64,000 bases of DNA from Bacteroidetes bacterium UBA7674 (GTDB lineage Bacteria > Bacteroidota > Bacteroidia > Chitinophagales > Chitinophagaceae). Below the pieces are notes generated by a model. It saw only the letters and a list, made by a program, of their open reading frames with translations. It did not search any database and was not told where the DNA came from. The DNA is taken from the NCBI GenBank assembly GCA_002483105.1, contig DLHG01000011.1, positions 190,497-254,496 on the forward strand, read 5' to 3'. The position numbers and the translations under genes are program-made. Positions 10,283 to 20,032 of this stretch are shown here, piece after piece. Each line of letters opens with the position of its first letter. The stretch's first letter is position 1.

Positions 10283-11404
10283 ATGCTGGCATATCAGAAA
10301 CTATTGGTTATTTTGCACTGTTTCCTACTGCTAATGCCTGATACCGCTCCAAAGATCCTCTTTCTTGCCGCCCATGTGCAACCGTTTTTATTGGCAGGTA
10401 TCAATATGCTGGTCAAAGAATATGACGCCCGGGTACTCGTGGTCTGTCGCCCCGTTTCTTCCATAGCGCCTAATCAGCTGTCGGAGAGCAAAAACCTCAC
10501 TTTTCTTATTAAAGAGGATAATATTGGGGAAATAGAAAAGCGGATATTTCAGTTTGACGCGGATGTGGTCTGGGCTGCCGGATGGATGGACAAGACTTAT
10601 CTTAAATGGGCAAAAAGATACAGGCAAATGGGAAAACCGACCGTCATGGCGATGGACACTCAATGGAAAGGCCATTTCAGACAGTATGTCAACCTGGTAT
10701 TGGCACCCTTCAGGCTAGGGCCTGTTTACACTCATGCATGGGTGCCGGGCTTTAAACAAAAGATATACGCCGAAAAGCTGGGATTTAAAAACTCACAGAT
10801 ACTCTCCGGGCTCCTCACGCCCGACGTGGAACTCTTTAGCCGCGCCTACCATGCTAATAATGAGGCAAAACAAAATGTGTACCCTAAAGCACTATTATAT
10901 ATAGGAGAGTTACAACCGCATAAATTCGGGAACCTGTTACTTGCGTTTACATCCCTTAGTGAAGAGGAACGAAATGGCTGGCAGCTGATTGTGATCGGAA
11001 AGGGGCCGCTGGAGACACATCCCGGAATGAAAAATGCCGGTATCGACTACCGTGGGTTCTTGCAGCAGACGGAACTCGTAAGGGTTTTTGAGGAAGCAGG
11101 TGTGTTCTGTCTTACCTCCAGCAACGAGGCCTGGGGAACCGTGATACAGGAAGCCGCGGCAGCGGGAATGCCGCTACTGATCTCGAAGCAATGCGGGGCG
11201 CATTATTCAATGTTGAAGGATGGTCACAATGGTATGCTATGCGATGGTGAAAGTGTAACTGATATAAAAGATAAAATAAAGAAAATGACCGCTCTCCCGG
11301 TATCCGGATTATTGACGATGGGTGAAAGAAGTCATGAATTGGGAATTGCTACCAACCCTCAAATGTGGGCTGCTACTTTAATGAGTGTGATCAAAAATAA
11401 TTAA
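10283..11404 (+). CDS. glycosyltransferase family 4 (GT-B)
   Basis: 373 aa; SSNEAWGTVIQEAAAAGMPLLIS E-x7-E motif; true start may be the internal Met at about 10334. Confidence 0.7.
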   Translation: MLAYQKLLVILHCFLLLMPDTAPKILFLAAHVQPFLLAGINMLVKEYDARVLVVCRPVSSIAPNQLSESKNLTFLIKEDNIGEIEKRIFQFDADVVWAAGWMDKTYLKWAKRYRQMGKPTVMAMDTQWKGHFRQYVNLVLAPFRLGPVYTHAWVPGFKQKIYAEKLGFKNSQILSGLLTPDVELFSRAYHANNEAKQNVYPKALLYIGELQPHKFGNLLLAFTSLSEEERNGWQLIVIGKGPLETHPGMKNAGIDYRGFLQQTELVRVFEEAGVFCLTSSNEAWGTVIQEAAAAGMPLLISKQCGAHYSMLKDGHNGMLCDGESVTDIKDKIKKMTALPVSGLLTMGERSHELGIATNPQMWAATLMSVIKNN

Positions 11405-12306
11405 TGCCATTTTTTAGTATCATCATTCCAACTTACAACCGTGCAGGGGACTTGAAAAGTTCCCTCGAGAGTGTATTGCAACAATCGTTCACCGACTTTG
11501 AGGTGGTAATTGTTGATGATGGTTCTACTGATGATACATCGGCTGTTGTAAGGTCGTTCACCGATACACGTGTTAAATACATCTATCAACAGAATAGTGA
11601 AAGAAGCGCCGCACGGAACAACGGCATACGCAATGCTTCGGGAAAGTACATCTGCTTCCTCGATAGTGATGACCAATATCTACCCGAACATTTAGCTATA
11701 ATTAAAGCAGCTATAGAGGAACAGAAGTTACCTGTGGCGATGTTCAAGACAAGGGTTCAGATAATTAATACCGAATCCGGCTCTGTTGCTTTGCCTGTTA
11801 TTAGCTCAAAAGGTGATGGGGTAAAGTACATTTGGTATAATGGCTGCCAGTTAAATTCTGTTTGTGTCCACCGGGATATCGCGGTGCAGGTTTCATTTCC
11901 TGAACAGTTTTTCTGGTTCGAGGATAATCATTGGGCGCTAAGGGTGGCCTTGCGCTATCCCATGCATCTTATCGATCGGTACACTTGCACTTACAATGTA
12001 AGGGGCACTATCGATCTGTTGCATAAAGACTACAGGAAGTATGAGGATAATTGTGTGGCCTGCATGCGCGATCTGGAAGGGCAAAATGGTGATGAGATAA
12101 AACGATGCCTTGGTAGCAACTGTTTTAACGAAAAGGTCGCTGAATTGTACCTGGGATTTTTAGTTGCAGGTGGCATTGCCACAAAACAACTAAAGCTCGC
12201 GAAAAAATATCTATTCAAGGCGATGCGTATTTGCGTCACACCAAAGCTCATGGCCAAATATGTCTACTATTCTCTGAAACTTATAAAAGCATCTTTCTCT
12301 AAATAG
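11404..12306 (+). CDS. glycosyltransferase family 2
   Basis: FSIIIPTYNRAGDL ... VVIVDDGSTDDT ... FLDSDD motifs; start overlaps upstream stop (TAATG). Confidence 0.8.
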   Translation: MPFFSIIIPTYNRAGDLKSSLESVLQQSFTDFEVVIVDDGSTDDTSAVVRSFTDTRVKYIYQQNSERSAARNNGIRNASGKYICFLDSDDQYLPEHLAIIKAAIEEQKLPVAMFKTRVQIINTESGSVALPVISSKGDGVKYIWYNGCQLNSVCVHRDIAVQVSFPEQFFWFEDNHWALRVALRYPMHLIDRYTCTYNVRGTIDLLHKDYRKYEDNCVACMRDLEGQNGDEIKRCLGSNCFNEKVAELYLGFLVAGGIATKQLKLAKKYLFKAMRICVTPKLMAKYVYYSLKLIKASFSK

Positions 12307-12307
12307 T

Positions 12308-13300
12308 ATGGGGATCAGCGTCGTTATATGTTGTTATAACAGTAGCCAAAGGTTACCTGAAACTCTGCGCCATCTTGCCAACCAACAAGTGCAGGATATA
12401 GAGTGGGAGATAGTGCTGGTAGATAATGCCTCAACTGACGATACAGCTTCTGTAGCTGAAAAAATTTGGCAAGGCAATAAGAATGTAGCCCCGTTAAAAA
12501 TAGTTTCAGAGACAACGCCGGGTTTAAGCTATGCGCGTGATGCAGGAATAAAGAATGCAGCTTATGATATCATCATTTTCTGCGACGACGATAATTGGTT
12601 GTCACCTCAATATGTGCAGACAGGCCACGACATAATGAGCAGCGATGCTACTATCGGTATTTGTGGAGCTGTAGGCGAAGCAGCTTTTGAACAAGCGCAG
12701 CCTGATTGGTTTGAAAAATATAAATTAGTTTTTGCCTGTGGCGAACAGGCGGCTTATGAAGGACCGTTGGGTATAGATGTAATGGCAGTATATGGTGCCG
12801 GCATGATTGTCCGCCGCAGTATATATGATACACTCAGGGAGCAAAACTATACATTTATACTAACCGGCAGGAAAGGCAATAAGGTCATTGCCGGCGAAGA
12901 TTATGAATTGGCCATACTTTCAAGGGCACTAGGATATAAGCTATACTATTCAAAATCGCTTACATTCAAACACTATATGCCGGCTGGCAGAATGCAATGG
13001 AAATATCTTGTGAGAACGGTCCACGGTTCTGCCCTTGGCAGCGCTGTGCTCTTTATCTATGCCGATAAGCTAAGGTATTTGCTTACGGGCAACAGTAAGT
13101 ATAAAGTAAGTTGGATAAAAGATATAGCTAAGGCTGTCTATGGTGCATTTCTCATTAAGATAGACCGCCCGCGCGACCTGCAAATAGTATGGGCAAGACT
13201 AAGCGGATCTGTTTATTCTGTATTCACTAATATCTCGAACTATCCTGAATACGGGCAAAAAATAAAACGCCTTTATGAGTTGAAGCATAAAGGCGTGTAA
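12308..13300 (+). CDS. glycosyltransferase family 2
   Basis: ISVVICCYNSSQRL ... IVLVDNASTDDT ... IIFCDDDN motifs; starts 1 nt after the upstream stop. Confidence 0.8.
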   Translation: MGISVVICCYNSSQRLPETLRHLANQQVQDIEWEIVLVDNASTDDTASVAEKIWQGNKNVAPLKIVSETTPGLSYARDAGIKNAAYDIIIFCDDDNWLSPQYVQTGHDIMSSDATIGICGAVGEAAFEQAQPDWFEKYKLVFACGEQAAYEGPLGIDVMAVYGAGMIVRRSIYDTLREQNYTFILTGRKGNKVIAGEDYELAILSRALGYKLYYSKSLTFKHYMPAGRMQWKYLVRTVHGSALGSAVLFIYADKLRYLLTGNSKYKVSWIKDIAKAVYGAFLIKIDRPRDLQIVWARLSGSVYSVFTNISNYPEYGQKIKRLYELKHKGV

Positions 13301-13319
13301 ATATGTTGTAGTAGGACTG

Positions 13320-14015
13320 CTATAGCAATGTGATCATCCTGCTCGTTCTCAGTATTATTTCCATTCTGCCCGACGAGTTAGTGTCAGCTTGATGAAGTGG
13401 TAATGTCCTCAATAGTTCCAGGCTCACCTTTATATCTCCCGGTGTCAGGTTGGTCAGGTCACCTGAACCATACTGCCATACGCCCGCGATCAGTTCTTTA
13501 TAAACCGGAGGGTGTACCATGTCGTTCACTACTATGAACAGGCGCTCGTTAGTGTCCAGTGTTCTTCCATCCCAGTTAATGGTCATACCCGAATTCTGGT
13601 TGATATTGCTGGGGAAGATCGTTGGGAAAGAAAGACTATTTGTATCCGTTGTGCGGATGGTATTTAAGAATTGCCTTCCCGCATTTTTTGTGAATACATA
13701 TTCTACATTCACCAGTTTATTGCTGCTGAATGTATATTCCCTGGTGGCTGCATTGTAGCCGGCCAGTTTTTTATTAATGTTCAGAGACTCATTTTCTGTT
13801 AGAGTATGTATATATCCTGTAGCTGTATCGGTACGGAACTGTGCGGTTGCCCTGGTCGTATTAGTGTCCTTATCGTAGGTCACTGTATAGTGCTGGTAAT
13901 AGACTGTGCTCTGGGTAGTAGGGTTCGGCCCTGTTTCCCTCCTGCAGCTATTAAGCGAAAATAAGATAGGCAACGCTATGGCAGCCTTTAGTAAATATGT
14001 TGTGAAACTTCTCAT
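13320..14015 (-). CDS. hypothetical lipoprotein
   Basis: ORF 13320..14096 trimmed to Met28 (ATG 14013-14015), giving MRSFTTYLLKAAIALPILFSLNSC signal plus lipobox. Confidence 0.45.
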   Translation of the reverse strand: MRSFTTYLLKAAIALPILFSLNSCRRETGPNPTTQSTVYYQHYTVTYDKDTNTTRATAQFRTDTATGYIHTLTENESLNINKKLAGYNAATREYTFSSNKLVNVEYVFTKNAGRQFLNTIRTTDTNSLSFPTIFPSNINQNSGMTINWDGRTLDTNERLFIVVNDMVHPPVYKELIAGVWQYGSGDLTNLTPGDIKVSLELLRTLPLHQADTNSSGRMEIILRTSRMITLL

Positions 14016-14170
14016 GCTTTGTTGTTTGATCACATCCCGACCTGCGGTTGGGACAAAAATTCCCTGTAAAATAGGAAGTCTGGCTCTATTTTGCAATAGC
14101 CCTACTGTCTTCTAAGGCTCAAATATTAAGCCAAATCGCTTTTCAAGCCCCTTTTGTCTCCTAAATATGC

Positions 14171-14677
14171 TTACACCGGCAACTCCCAGTCCCCGTTCAG
14201 CTTCATTACCTTCTCTATCACGTCCCTCGCGCAGCCTTCTCCACCTTTCTGAGGCGATATGTATTTAGAAATACTCTTTATCTCCGGTACAGCATCCGCA
14301 GGACAGCAGGGTAGTCCGCAAAGTTGCATTACTGCATAGTCAGGAATGTCATCGCCCATATACAGCACGCTTTCATATTGCGTCTGGTATTTAAGGACGA
14401 TCTCGTTCAGTATTAATTTCTTGTCCTCTATGCCTATATGTACATCTATCGCTCCCAGTTTTTGCAATCTCAGCCGCACACCTTCCGATTTAGCGCCGGA
14501 GATCACCCATACTTTATAACCCTTTTTAATAGCCAATTGTATAGCATAGCCATCTTTAATGTTCATGCTGCGCAGTAGCTGGCCATCTTCTGTTGCCAGT
14601 AGCTGTCCGTTGGTCAGCACTCCGTCTACATCAAAGACGAAAGTGCGTATTGGGGCAAAAAGTTCCAGGATATTCAT
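14171..14677 (-). CDS. kdsC: 3-deoxy-D-manno-octulosonate 8-phosphate phosphatase (HAD family)
   Basis: 168 aa; HAD motif I FVFDVDGVLTNG, motif III MGDDIPD; size typical of KdsC. Confidence 0.8.
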   Translation of the reverse strand: MNILELFAPIRTFVFDVDGVLTNGQLLATEDGQLLRSMNIKDGYAIQLAIKKGYKVWVISGAKSEGVRLRLQKLGAIDVHIGIEDKKLILNEIVLKYQTQYESVLYMGDDIPDYAVMQLCGLPCCPADAVPEIKSISKYISPQKGGEGCARDVIEKVMKLNGDWELPV

Positions 14678-14679
14678 TG

Positions 14680-14919
14680 CTATTTTTGGTTATCGCGCCA
14701 TTCATATACCCAGCTACTCTGTATCATTTCCAGGTGGCCTTCGTTGCTTTGTTCGCGTGTGCCTTCAAAGTTTGGTATCTCCAGCACCCAGTTCAGCAAC
14801 TCGGTAAAGCGGATACGGTATATCTGGCTTTCACCAAACTCATCCCCGAATCGCTCATACAGCTTCATTGCTATATCCTCATAGTCACTCCATTTTATCG
14901 GCGGCTCGTAATGGCTCAT
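14680..14919 (-). CDS. IscX (YfhJ)-like Fe-S assembly protein
   Basis: 79 aa; IKWSDYEDIAMKLYERF ... IRFTELLNWV ... resembles E. coli IscX; immediately downstream of a ferredoxin gene. Confidence 0.55.
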   Translation of the reverse strand: MSHYEPPIKWSDYEDIAMKLYERFGDEFGESQIYRIRFTELLNWVLEIPNFEGTREQSNEGHLEMIQSSWVYEWRDNQK

Positions 14920-15023
14920 ATTATCAGTTGACAGTTTTAAGTCGGCAGTTTGCAGTGCCTGTTTTTTTAGTCGTATAAATATAGTTCCCGCCTTTAGGGG
15001 GCGGAGGGGGGCTCTAAAGGCGG

Positions 15024-15359
15024 CTATTCTCCATGTATCAAACTCTGGTCCGGTATAGTCACTTCTATCTCTCCGCTACCTGCCTGTAGTATACATTGGC
15101 AACCCAGTCTTGAATTTAACCTTGGGTTACGCGCACGATCCACAAAATCTTCTTCCTTGTCAGATATCTCAGGTACATACTCATCGCCTTTCTCCAGGTA
15201 TATATGGCAAGTGCTGCAGGCGCAAACCATGCCGCAATTGTGGTGTAGCTCTATATTATTCTCTAAGGCTATTTCCAGGAGGCTGTCGCCGGGCAATACA
15301 TTCTCTATAGTAACAGGTTCAAGCCCTTTTTGCTCAAACTTGAATTTTATATTATACAT
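15024..15359 (-). CDS. fdx: 2Fe-2S ferredoxin (adrenodoxin/ISC Fdx type)
   Basis: 111 aa; C-x5-C-x2-C (CGMVCACSTC) plus downstream LGCQC cysteine. Confidence 0.8.
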   Translation of the reverse strand: MYNIKFKFEQKGLEPVTIENVLPGDSLLEIALENNIELHHNCGMVCACSTCHIYLEKGDEYVPEISDKEEDFVDRARNPRLNSRLGCQCILQAGSGEIEVTIPDQSLIHGE

Positions 15360-15407
15360 CTATATTATTTTTCTGGCGCAAAGGTAGTTCATCACATTCT
15401 TTTTGCC

Positions 15408-16181
15408 CTATTTACCTCCATACATCTTTTCTATAGAGCTACTGATAGCTTTATAGATCTCCTGCCACTCAGGATGGTTGTCCAGCAGGCTTGCCTGCCT
15501 TTCCACTACTTCTGTATCTCCTCTCATGGCCGGACCTGTTTGCACATCTTTTGTTTTCGCGCTTTTAAAGCGTTCAAAGGTCTGGTTAATAATAGGTTGC
15601 AGCACTTCCACCGGCAGGTCCTGCTCTGCGCATATCTGCTCACAAATAGCCACCAGGTGGTTGATGAAGTTATTGCCTATTACCGCCGAGAGGTGTAGCC
15701 ACTTCCTTTTTTCAAAGTCGGCTTCAAACAGGTTGTCGGTAATACTATGCCCCATAGTATTAATGTACCGCTTGGCCTTGGCTGTATTAGCCTCCCAGGA
15801 GGTAGGTATATCTCTATGGTCGGGTATATTGTTCTTGGCGATAGAATATACCGGCCATAGCACGGCACAGTCGGTAGCGTGATGTGTCAGTACATCTATT
15901 TCCATAGAGCCTGCGGTATGCACCAGCACGGTCTTTTCCAGCTTTAGCTCGGCTATCACACTGGCTATCTCATGGTCAGGCACAGCAACAAAACATATAT
16001 CTACTTCACCGTCCGTTATATCGCTCACGCTTTTATAGCTGTTCACGTTCATTTCGGCTGCAAGGGCTTTCATGGTCGCTTTATTGCGTCCCCATATACC
16101 GTCGCACTGGTGGCCTGCAGTTTTCAGGCGCTTTACCAGGAACCAGGCCATATTACCTGTTCCTATAATACTGTATGTCAT
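15408..16181 (-). CDS. Rossmann-fold / DUF2520-type NAD(P)-binding protein
   Basis: 257 aa; N-terminal IIGTGNMAWFL dinucleotide-binding motif. Confidence 0.55.
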   Translation of the reverse strand: MTYSIIGTGNMAWFLVKRLKTAGHQCDGIWGRNKATMKALAAEMNVNSYKSVSDITDGEVDICFVAVPDHEIASVIAELKLEKTVLVHTAGSMEIDVLTHHATDCAVLWPVYSIAKNNIPDHRDIPTSWEANTAKAKRYINTMGHSITDNLFEADFEKRKWLHLSAVIGNNFINHLVAICEQICAEQDLPVEVLQPIINQTFERFKSAKTKDVQTGPAMRGDTEVVERQASLLDNHPEWQEIYKAISSSIEKMYGGK

Positions 16182-16183
16182 AG

Positions 16184-16933
16184 TTAGGAGTTATTATGAG
16201 TAACATAGTAATTTTTCATCACATTATGTACTCTTTCTTTTAGTTTAGCTGTGTCATCAAGCGTCATTCCTTCCGTGCTTATTGGCTCCAGGAAGTGAAA
16301 TTTTATGGGCATTGGCCTGGCCCACAGCTTTTTATTGTGTGGTAGTATTTTTCCTGTATTAAATATCACTCCGGGCATGATGGGCTTTTGTGCCCGTATG
16401 GCTGTTATAAAAGCGCCGTCCTGGAAGGGTTGTAATGGTTCATTGCTTTTATTCCGTGTTCCTTCGGGGTAGAGGCACAGGTGCAGACCAAGTTCCAGTA
16501 CTTGTTGCATTTTCACAAAGCTCTCAGCACGGCTGTCCTTTTTCTTGCGATCTATGAGTATAGAACCCGTTTTATAGATGAGTCCAAAAATGGGTATGCG
16601 TGCCATCTCCACTTTCGCCAGTGTTTTATTCGGCCCCGGTATCCATGGAGATGAGACAGGTACGTCCACCAGCGAATTATGATTGACCACCACTACATAG
16701 TTCTCGCCTTTCTTAAAGTGATGCGTCCCTTTTCTTAGTATCGGGCAACCTACTAATGTCATGAAAACACTCATCCATCCTTTGAATATAATATGCAGTG
16801 CTTTAGAGCAGGTCGGCTCGGGCAACAATGATATGATCCAGATGGGGATGAACACAACAAGCATCGTCGCTACGAAGAACAACATGCCCGCGAAGAAATA
16901 AATATGCCCTAAAATGTTTTTAATGAATCTCAT
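16184..16933 (-). CDS. plsC: 1-acyl-sn-glycerol-3-phosphate acyltransferase
   Basis: 249 aa; N-terminal TM, HX4D (VNHNSLVD) and YPEGTR motifs. Confidence 0.8.
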   Translation of the reverse strand: MRFIKNILGHIYFFAGMLFFVATMLVVFIPIWIISLLPEPTCSKALHIIFKGWMSVFMTLVGCPILRKGTHHFKKGENYVVVVNHNSLVDVPVSSPWIPGPNKTLAKVEMARIPIFGLIYKTGSILIDRKKKDSRAESFVKMQQVLELGLHLCLYPEGTRNKSNEPLQPFQDGAFITAIRAQKPIMPGVIFNTGKILPHNKKLWARPMPIKFHFLEPISTEGMTLDDTAKLKERVHNVMKNYYVTHNNS

Positions 16934-16936
16934 ACG

Positions 16937-17608
16937 CTAATCAAGCGACCAGTCTATAGTTTTCTTGCCTTGATCCTCTAATATCTTATTGGTCTTGCTA
17001 AAGTGCCTGTTACCCAAAAACTTAGTTACAGAAAATGGCGAAGGATGTGCCGATTCCAATACGAAGTGTTTAGAAGTATCTATCAGTTCTTTTTTCTGAC
17101 GGGCAAAGTTACCCCATAATATAAATACGACCCCGTTTAGTTTGTCAGATATTTTTTTGATGACAGCATCGGTGAAAGTATGCCAACCTATATTGCCGTG
17201 AGACATTGGCTGGCCTGCTTCTACGGTCAGTCCCGCATTAAGCAGCAGCACGCCTTGCTTTGCCCACTTGGTTAAATTACCATGATTCGGGGTGGGGATA
17301 TCGAGGTCTTCTTTAAGTTCTTTGTATATGTTCACCAGGGATGGGGGAGGCTTCACGCCATCGGGTACGGAGAAGCTGAGCCCCATGGCCTGCCCTGCAC
17401 CATGATAAGGGTCCTGGCCTATTATCACCACTTTTACCTTATCGAAAGGTGTGGTATTAAATGCGTTGAAAATAAGCGGCCCGGGTGGATAAATAACTTT
17501 CCCTGCCTGCTTCTGATCTTTTAAGAACTGAACTATCTGTATGAAATAGTCTTTGCCAAACTCTTCTTCCAGTTGTTCTTTCCAGCTTTCATCTATTGAG
17601 ACACTCAT
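16937..17608 (-). CDS. ung: uracil-DNA glycosylase
   Basis: ORF 16937..17713 trimmed to Met36 (ATG 17606-17608; [13 protein letters not shown]); motifs [29 protein letters not shown]. Confidence 0.9.
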   Translation of the reverse strand: MSVSIDESWKEQLEEEFGKDYFIQIVQFLKDQKQAGKVIYPPGPLIFNAFNTTPFDKVKVVIIGQDPYHGAGQAMGLSFSVPDGVKPPPSLVNIYKELKEDLDIPTPNHGNLTKWAKQGVLLLNAGLTVEAGQPMSHGNIGWHTFTDAVIKKISDKLNGVVFILWGNFARQKKELIDTSKHFVLESAHPSPFSVTKFLGNRHFSKTNKILEDQGKKTIDWSLD

Positions 17609-17624
17609 AGCGCCCGCTAAGATA

Positions 17625-18152
17625 TTATTTTCTCGGGGGAGGCGGAGGCGTTTTTTTCTGCTGTTGCGCAGGTTTTGCCGTTTCTTCTGCCTGTTTAGGT
17701 GCCACCGGTGCATCGTGCATTAGTGTGAAGCTGCCGCAGGCTGTCCTGCCTTTGAATTTCTGGTACAGTACCACCAGGTACTCATCAGTTCTTTCAGGGA
17801 TAAATGAATAAACTATATTATGGCTGCCGCCTTTTTGTGTTTCCTTTCGTGCAAGAAGTTTATGATCACCGTCCATTATTTCCAGGTTTACTTTAGAGGC
17901 ACTGCTGGCACCTATAAAGATCATCTGGTATATTCTGCCTTTCACCATCTGGATAGCTATCGGTAAAGGTTGCTGAGATTCCATGGTGACCATCGCGTCC
18001 TTGAATACGCTCAGTCCCTGATTGATAAAAGAAGCTTTCAGTCCTTCTGACTCCACACGCATGTCTTTGTCTATACAGCCAAGACCCTCCGACTGTGCAG
18101 CTGCACCGAATGATATAAATGATATTGCTAAAATTGCGAAAAGGCTTTTCAT
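17625..18152 (-). CDS. hypothetical secreted protein with Pro-rich tail
   Basis: 175 aa; signal peptide [21 protein letters not shown]; ends [10 protein letters not shown]. Confidence 0.45.
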   Translation of the reverse strand: MKSLFAILAISFISFGAAAQSEGLGCIDKDMRVESEGLKASFINQGLSVFKDAMVTMESQQPLPIAIQMVKGRIYQMIFIGASSASKVNLEIMDGDHKLLARKETQKGGSHNIVYSFIPERTDEYLVVLYQKFKGRTACGSFTLMHDAPVAPKQAEETAKPAQQQKKTPPPPPRK

Positions 18153-18242
18153 TGCTTGAGTATTAATACGGACGAAGATAAAACTAAAGGTTCTTGCCTG
18201 CTAGTGAAATACCCCCTAAATAACATATCTATAACAAGCATA

Positions 18243-18854
18243 TCAGCGTATATCCACTTCCAGCAGCTGTTCCCCGTTCAGGAACCCTGTTAGTTTGTCA
18301 TACACCGCTACAGGGCCTACACCTGCAGGAGTGCCGGTGTATATCAGGTCGCCTATGTTGAGCGTAAAGAATTTAGAGACGTATTCTATTATCTTATTTA
18401 CGCCAAAGAGCATATCTGCGGTATTGCCTTGCTGAACGGTGATATCGTTGAGCTTTAGCTCAAAGTTCATTTGCTGTACGTTCGCATCAGGCGCGAGTGT
18501 TACAAATTTCCCTACGGCTGCTGAGGAGTCGAATGCCTTCGCCAGTTCCCAGGGCAGGCCTTTGCTTTTTAGTTTTTGTTGGAGGTCACGGGCAGTAAAG
18601 TCTATGCCTACCGATACATCATTGTAATATTTGCGGGCAAATTTCTCCTGTATAAATTTTCCGTTCTTGCTGATCTTCACTACCACCTCACATTCATATT
18701 GCAGGTCGTCGGTGAACTCAGGATAATACACCGGTTTTTCGGGCAAAAGCAAAGCGCTTTTGGGCTTCAGGAAAATAACAGGCTCAGACGGAACTTCATT
18801 ATTAAGTTCTTTCGCATGTTCGCTGTAATTTCGTCCGATACAAATAATTTTCAT
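18243..18854 (-). CDS. fumarylacetoacetate hydrolase (FAH) family protein
   Basis: 203 aa; KIICIGRNYSEHAKE, DFTARDLQ and GDLIYTGTPAGVG motifs. Confidence 0.8.
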   Translation of the reverse strand: MKIICIGRNYSEHAKELNNEVPSEPVIFLKPKSALLLPEKPVYYPEFTDDLQYECEVVVKISKNGKFIQEKFARKYYNDVSVGIDFTARDLQQKLKSKGLPWELAKAFDSSAAVGKFVTLAPDANVQQMNFELKLNDITVQQGNTADMLFGVNKIIEYVSKFFTLNIGDLIYTGTPAGVGPVAVYDKLTGFLNGEQLLEVDIR

Positions 18855-18876
18855 AGACCTTAAACGGTATTTAGCA

Positions 18877-19314
18877 ATGGGGCGTGTAAAAATAAAATTT
18901 CCAACTGAAAAACCCTTATTTCAGGTAATAATTCCTGTAAGAATTTCTGATATAAACTATGGAAATCACATGGGCAACGATTCTCTCCTTTCCATCATAC
19001 ATGAGAGCAGGATGCAACTGTTGTCCCAATGGGGTTACACGGAGTTGAACGCCGGAGGAACTGCGCTGATAATGGCCGACGTTGCCATCGCCTACAAAGG
19101 CGAAGCATTTTATGGAGATAAACTAATAGTTAATATTTATGTAGAAGAACTCACCGACCGCTCTTTTGTTCTCCTTTATCATATCACTACACATCGCGAC
19201 GGCGCAACAAAAGACATCGCCCACGCCAAAACAGGAATGCTCTGCTTTAATTATGATACTCGTAAAATTGACCTGGTAACGGAAGAGCTGAAAGAGCATT
19301 TGATAAATGGATAA
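18877..19314 (+). CDS. acyl-CoA thioesterase (hotdog, 4HBT-like)
   Basis: 145 aa; DINYGNHMGNDSLLSI ... hotdog-fold pattern. Confidence 0.6.
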   Translation: MGRVKIKFPTEKPLFQVIIPVRISDINYGNHMGNDSLLSIIHESRMQLLSQWGYTELNAGGTALIMADVAIAYKGEAFYGDKLIVNIYVEELTDRSFVLLYHITTHRDGATKDIAHAKTGMLCFNYDTRKIDLVTEELKEHLING

Positions 19315-19328
19315 TGAATGTCACTCCC

Positions 19329-19352
19329 GTCATTGCGAGGAACGAAGCAATC
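19329..19352 (+). repeat. dispersed palindromic repeat GTCATTGCGAGGAACGAAGCAATC
   Basis: attgc...gcaat stem; related copies at 32713, 52072 (inverted), 28418, 31332. Confidence 0.7.
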
Positions 19353-19449
19353 TAATCGGCACGACCATCAGAATAATACTCACTTTAACACTGGTCTGAG
19401 TATTTACTCAGACCCAACATAGAGCAAGCATTTGCTTGCTTCCTGAACA

Positions 19450-19887
19450 TCATAAATACCGCATCTTTACCACCACACTCTTATCTCCTTTTAACTCGAA
19501 ATCGAAATCTGCCAATACAGGTCTGGTAAGCGAACTATGGTAATAGTCTGAGAAGCCAAAGCCTTCCTTCGGTATGCCCAGCATATTAAACTCCATTTTT
19601 GAATTGTTGTCTTCATCGTCGAGAACGGAGAAACCATAGGTGCCGGGTTCCAGGGGCACAGAAAAGACCACAGAACCATTGGCTAATGTAGCCTTGCTGT
19701 ATTTCTGCCTTTTGAAAGGTTTATTGTCTTTAAAACTCTGCTGATCTTTGAATATCGCCAGTATCAGCTGTCCCTTCGCCGATTTTATGTTGGTCACGGA
19801 TACTTTTACCTTCTGTGCCGCTACGTCCGCCGACGATATCAAGGTAGTCAGGAATGCCATTGCGATAACCGCTATTATTCGTCTCAT
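19450..19887 (-). CDS. DUF2141 domain protein (secreted)
   Basis: ORF trimmed to Met14 (ATG 19885-19887; MRRIIAVIAMAF signal); GQLILAIFKD ... GTYGFSVLDDEDNN ... GIPKEGFGFS typical of DUF2141. Confidence 0.6.
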   Translation of the reverse strand: MRRIIAVIAMAFLTTLISSADVAAQKVKVSVTNIKSAKGQLILAIFKDQQSFKDNKPFKRQKYSKATLANGSVVFSVPLEPGTYGFSVLDDEDNNSKMEFNMLGIPKEGFGFSDYYHSSLTRPVLADFDFELKGDKSVVVKMRYL

Positions 19888-20032
19888 ATTTTTGCTACAA
19901 TTCTTTTGCTCTTCTGAAAATATCAAGCCATCATGGCCTGTCCATATACCCTGTCTCTAACTAATTTGCGCGTTGCTTTATTGCCTGCAACGGGCATAAA
20001 ATATTAATAGCCGCTCATCGCGGCCATTAGCT

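Noticed and set aside
17609-17713. 35-codon N-terminal extension of ung ([25 protein letters not shown]...)
   Set aside because: It overlaps the 3-prime end of the upstream secreted-protein gene (17625-18152) and is highly basic and low in complexity. A Met at 17608 gives a normal UDG N-terminus.
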